Of a stretch of DNA of 64,000 bases, positions 62,571 to 64,000 are shown piece after piece. Numbering within the stretch: the stretch's first letter is position 1; every line of letters starts with the position of its first letter. Origin of the DNA: Octopus vulgaris (Eukaryota); assembly GCA_951406725.2 (NCBI GenBank), contig OX597819.1, positions 135,284,001 to 135,348,000 on the forward strand. The letters run 5' to 3'. Below the pieces are notes generated by a model. The model made no database searches and was not told where the DNA came from. It saw nothing but the letters and a program-made list of their open reading frames with translations. Made by a program: the position numbers and the translations under genes.

Positions 62571-62810
62571 ACTTGTTTCAGTCATGAGGCTGCGGCCATG
62601 CTGGGGCTCCTCCTCGATTTTGTCTTTTATGTGTGGTACCTTTTCTGTCTAATTAGCAGCAACCTATAGATCTCTTTTGCTTAAGGGATAAGTAACAGGG
62701 ATGCAAATACACCAACACCGGTTATCAGTTAGCAGTTGAGGACACACACTAACATAGATACACATGCACACACACACAATCTCCACTCCAAAATACAGAC
62801 ACATCTTGTC

Positions 62811-62878
<68 letters not shown>

Positions 62879-62929
62879 CGTGTTAATATCACCCATAAGA
62901 ATGTGTTTTATCTATTCACCAAAGTGAAT

Positions 62930-64000
62930 GGAGCCTCGTCCCGGAGAAACCAATGTCGTCAGACGTTATCCTCGTCCATCGGATGTTTCGACTCTGAACC
63001 GTAACACCCTACCGTTGATGGGTCAACAGAGGTGGCCAATTCACTGCTCCTCAATTCCTCATGCCTTCCAGCGTTAAGCTTCTCTCTTACACCAAAGCCA
63101 GCAAAAGGCTCTTTCAGTTGCCTCTCCCATCATGCGCACAGCCACCCTTCCCTCCTTACCTCACATTCCAGTTGCTGTATAAATCCTCCATGCCGACTGG
63201 GCAAGGAATCCCCTACAGCCAACCGCGACTGGGAAAATCCATACCTGCCATCCCTTCTCCCTGCAATCCTGCAGAAGGCTCTTATATCTGTCACACTTCC
63301 ATTCATGGGCCTCGTTAGAACCGGCTCCCCACGGGACTGTTCGTTCAATTATGATAATTTTCTGGGCCTTTTCAGACCACAGGACCACATCAGGCCTCAG
63401 GGTTGTATGGACAACCTGGGGAAACTGCAATCTCTTCCCTAAGTCTACCTTCATATCCCATAGTTGAGACCCTTGCAGCAAGCTGTGTATTGCTTTTGCT
63501 GGCTTTACTGGTTTCTCTCACTCTTTCACGAACTTAATTGCGGCAGTTATCTTCCCTTGGTGATGATGTTTCTTACACCTTTACGGCTCCAGGGTGTGAG
63601 CAAGTATTTTTATCTGCCTTGAGAAAGAGTTATTCTGCACCTTGCCAAGATGTGTGCCAGTGTGCCCCTTTCTCACAAAGTCTACACAGCTGGTCTTCCC
63701 TCAAACCTTATCTGTGCTGGTTTGTTGGCGTCGGGAGTGTGTCATACACAGCTCCATGCAGGAAGGAGATGTGCAAAGGTTCCAGCCCCCATAGGTCAGT
63801 CCATGAGAGCTTCCTCTTAGGGAGATCCCATTTAGTCCATGCACTCAGAGATACCAACTCCACAGCTCTTGATTTCCTTTTATCTTCCTCCTGGTACCGC
63901 ACCGCTGTCTCGGTCATAGCCCGCCTCTCCTTGGTGTCTGCTTTCTTCTATTGTTGGAAATAGGAAGAGCCAAGTCCCTGGTGACCCCAACATGTAGCTC
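62930..64000 (-). mobile_element. Decayed R2/Hero-like non-LTR element 3' part (restriction-like endonuclease)
   Basis: LRPDVVLWS..KIIIIERTVPW...K.DRYK.L...CREKGW....PVAVGCRGF; upstream AVYDTLPTPTN. Confidence 0.75.

Noticed and set aside
60038-62669. Long Phe/Ser/Leu and Arg/Glu/Lys ORFs
   Set aside because: Artefacts of the CT-rich tract.

Overview
AT-rich eukaryotic DNA, most likely an octopus/cephalopod genome (inferred from the long (TA)n tracts and the SINE and LINE types). One spliced host gene lies on the minus strand (about 60032 to 22888, 5' end not found). Exons reconstructed by hand from GT-AG sites and phase continuity encode ankyrin repeats, a MIB/IAP-type RING, a short-exon linker with two LC8-type (K/R)xVQT motifs, and a C-terminal death domain. 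The rest is mostly mobile DNA: two CR1/L2-group LINE families (one copy with both ORFs open and a Myb/SANT + CCCH ORF1), RTE and Hero-like LINE fragments, Penelope-like (GIY-YIG) elements, tRNA-derived SINEs, a mariner derivative, a Chapaev-like fragment, a non-autonomous Helitron and a possible solo LTR. The main signal not visible in the ORF track is a set of 12 type-I hammerhead ribozyme (HHR) motifs (10 with intact or compensated cores, 2 inactivated) plus one doubtful relic. They include a near-perfect 3 x 484-bp tandem HHR array with a fold-back 5' end (retrozyme / Penelope pLTR-like), a U3-A8 compensatory core variant, and long-stem-II variants. Each family has its own palindromic stem III. 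All calls were made by eye; no searches were run.
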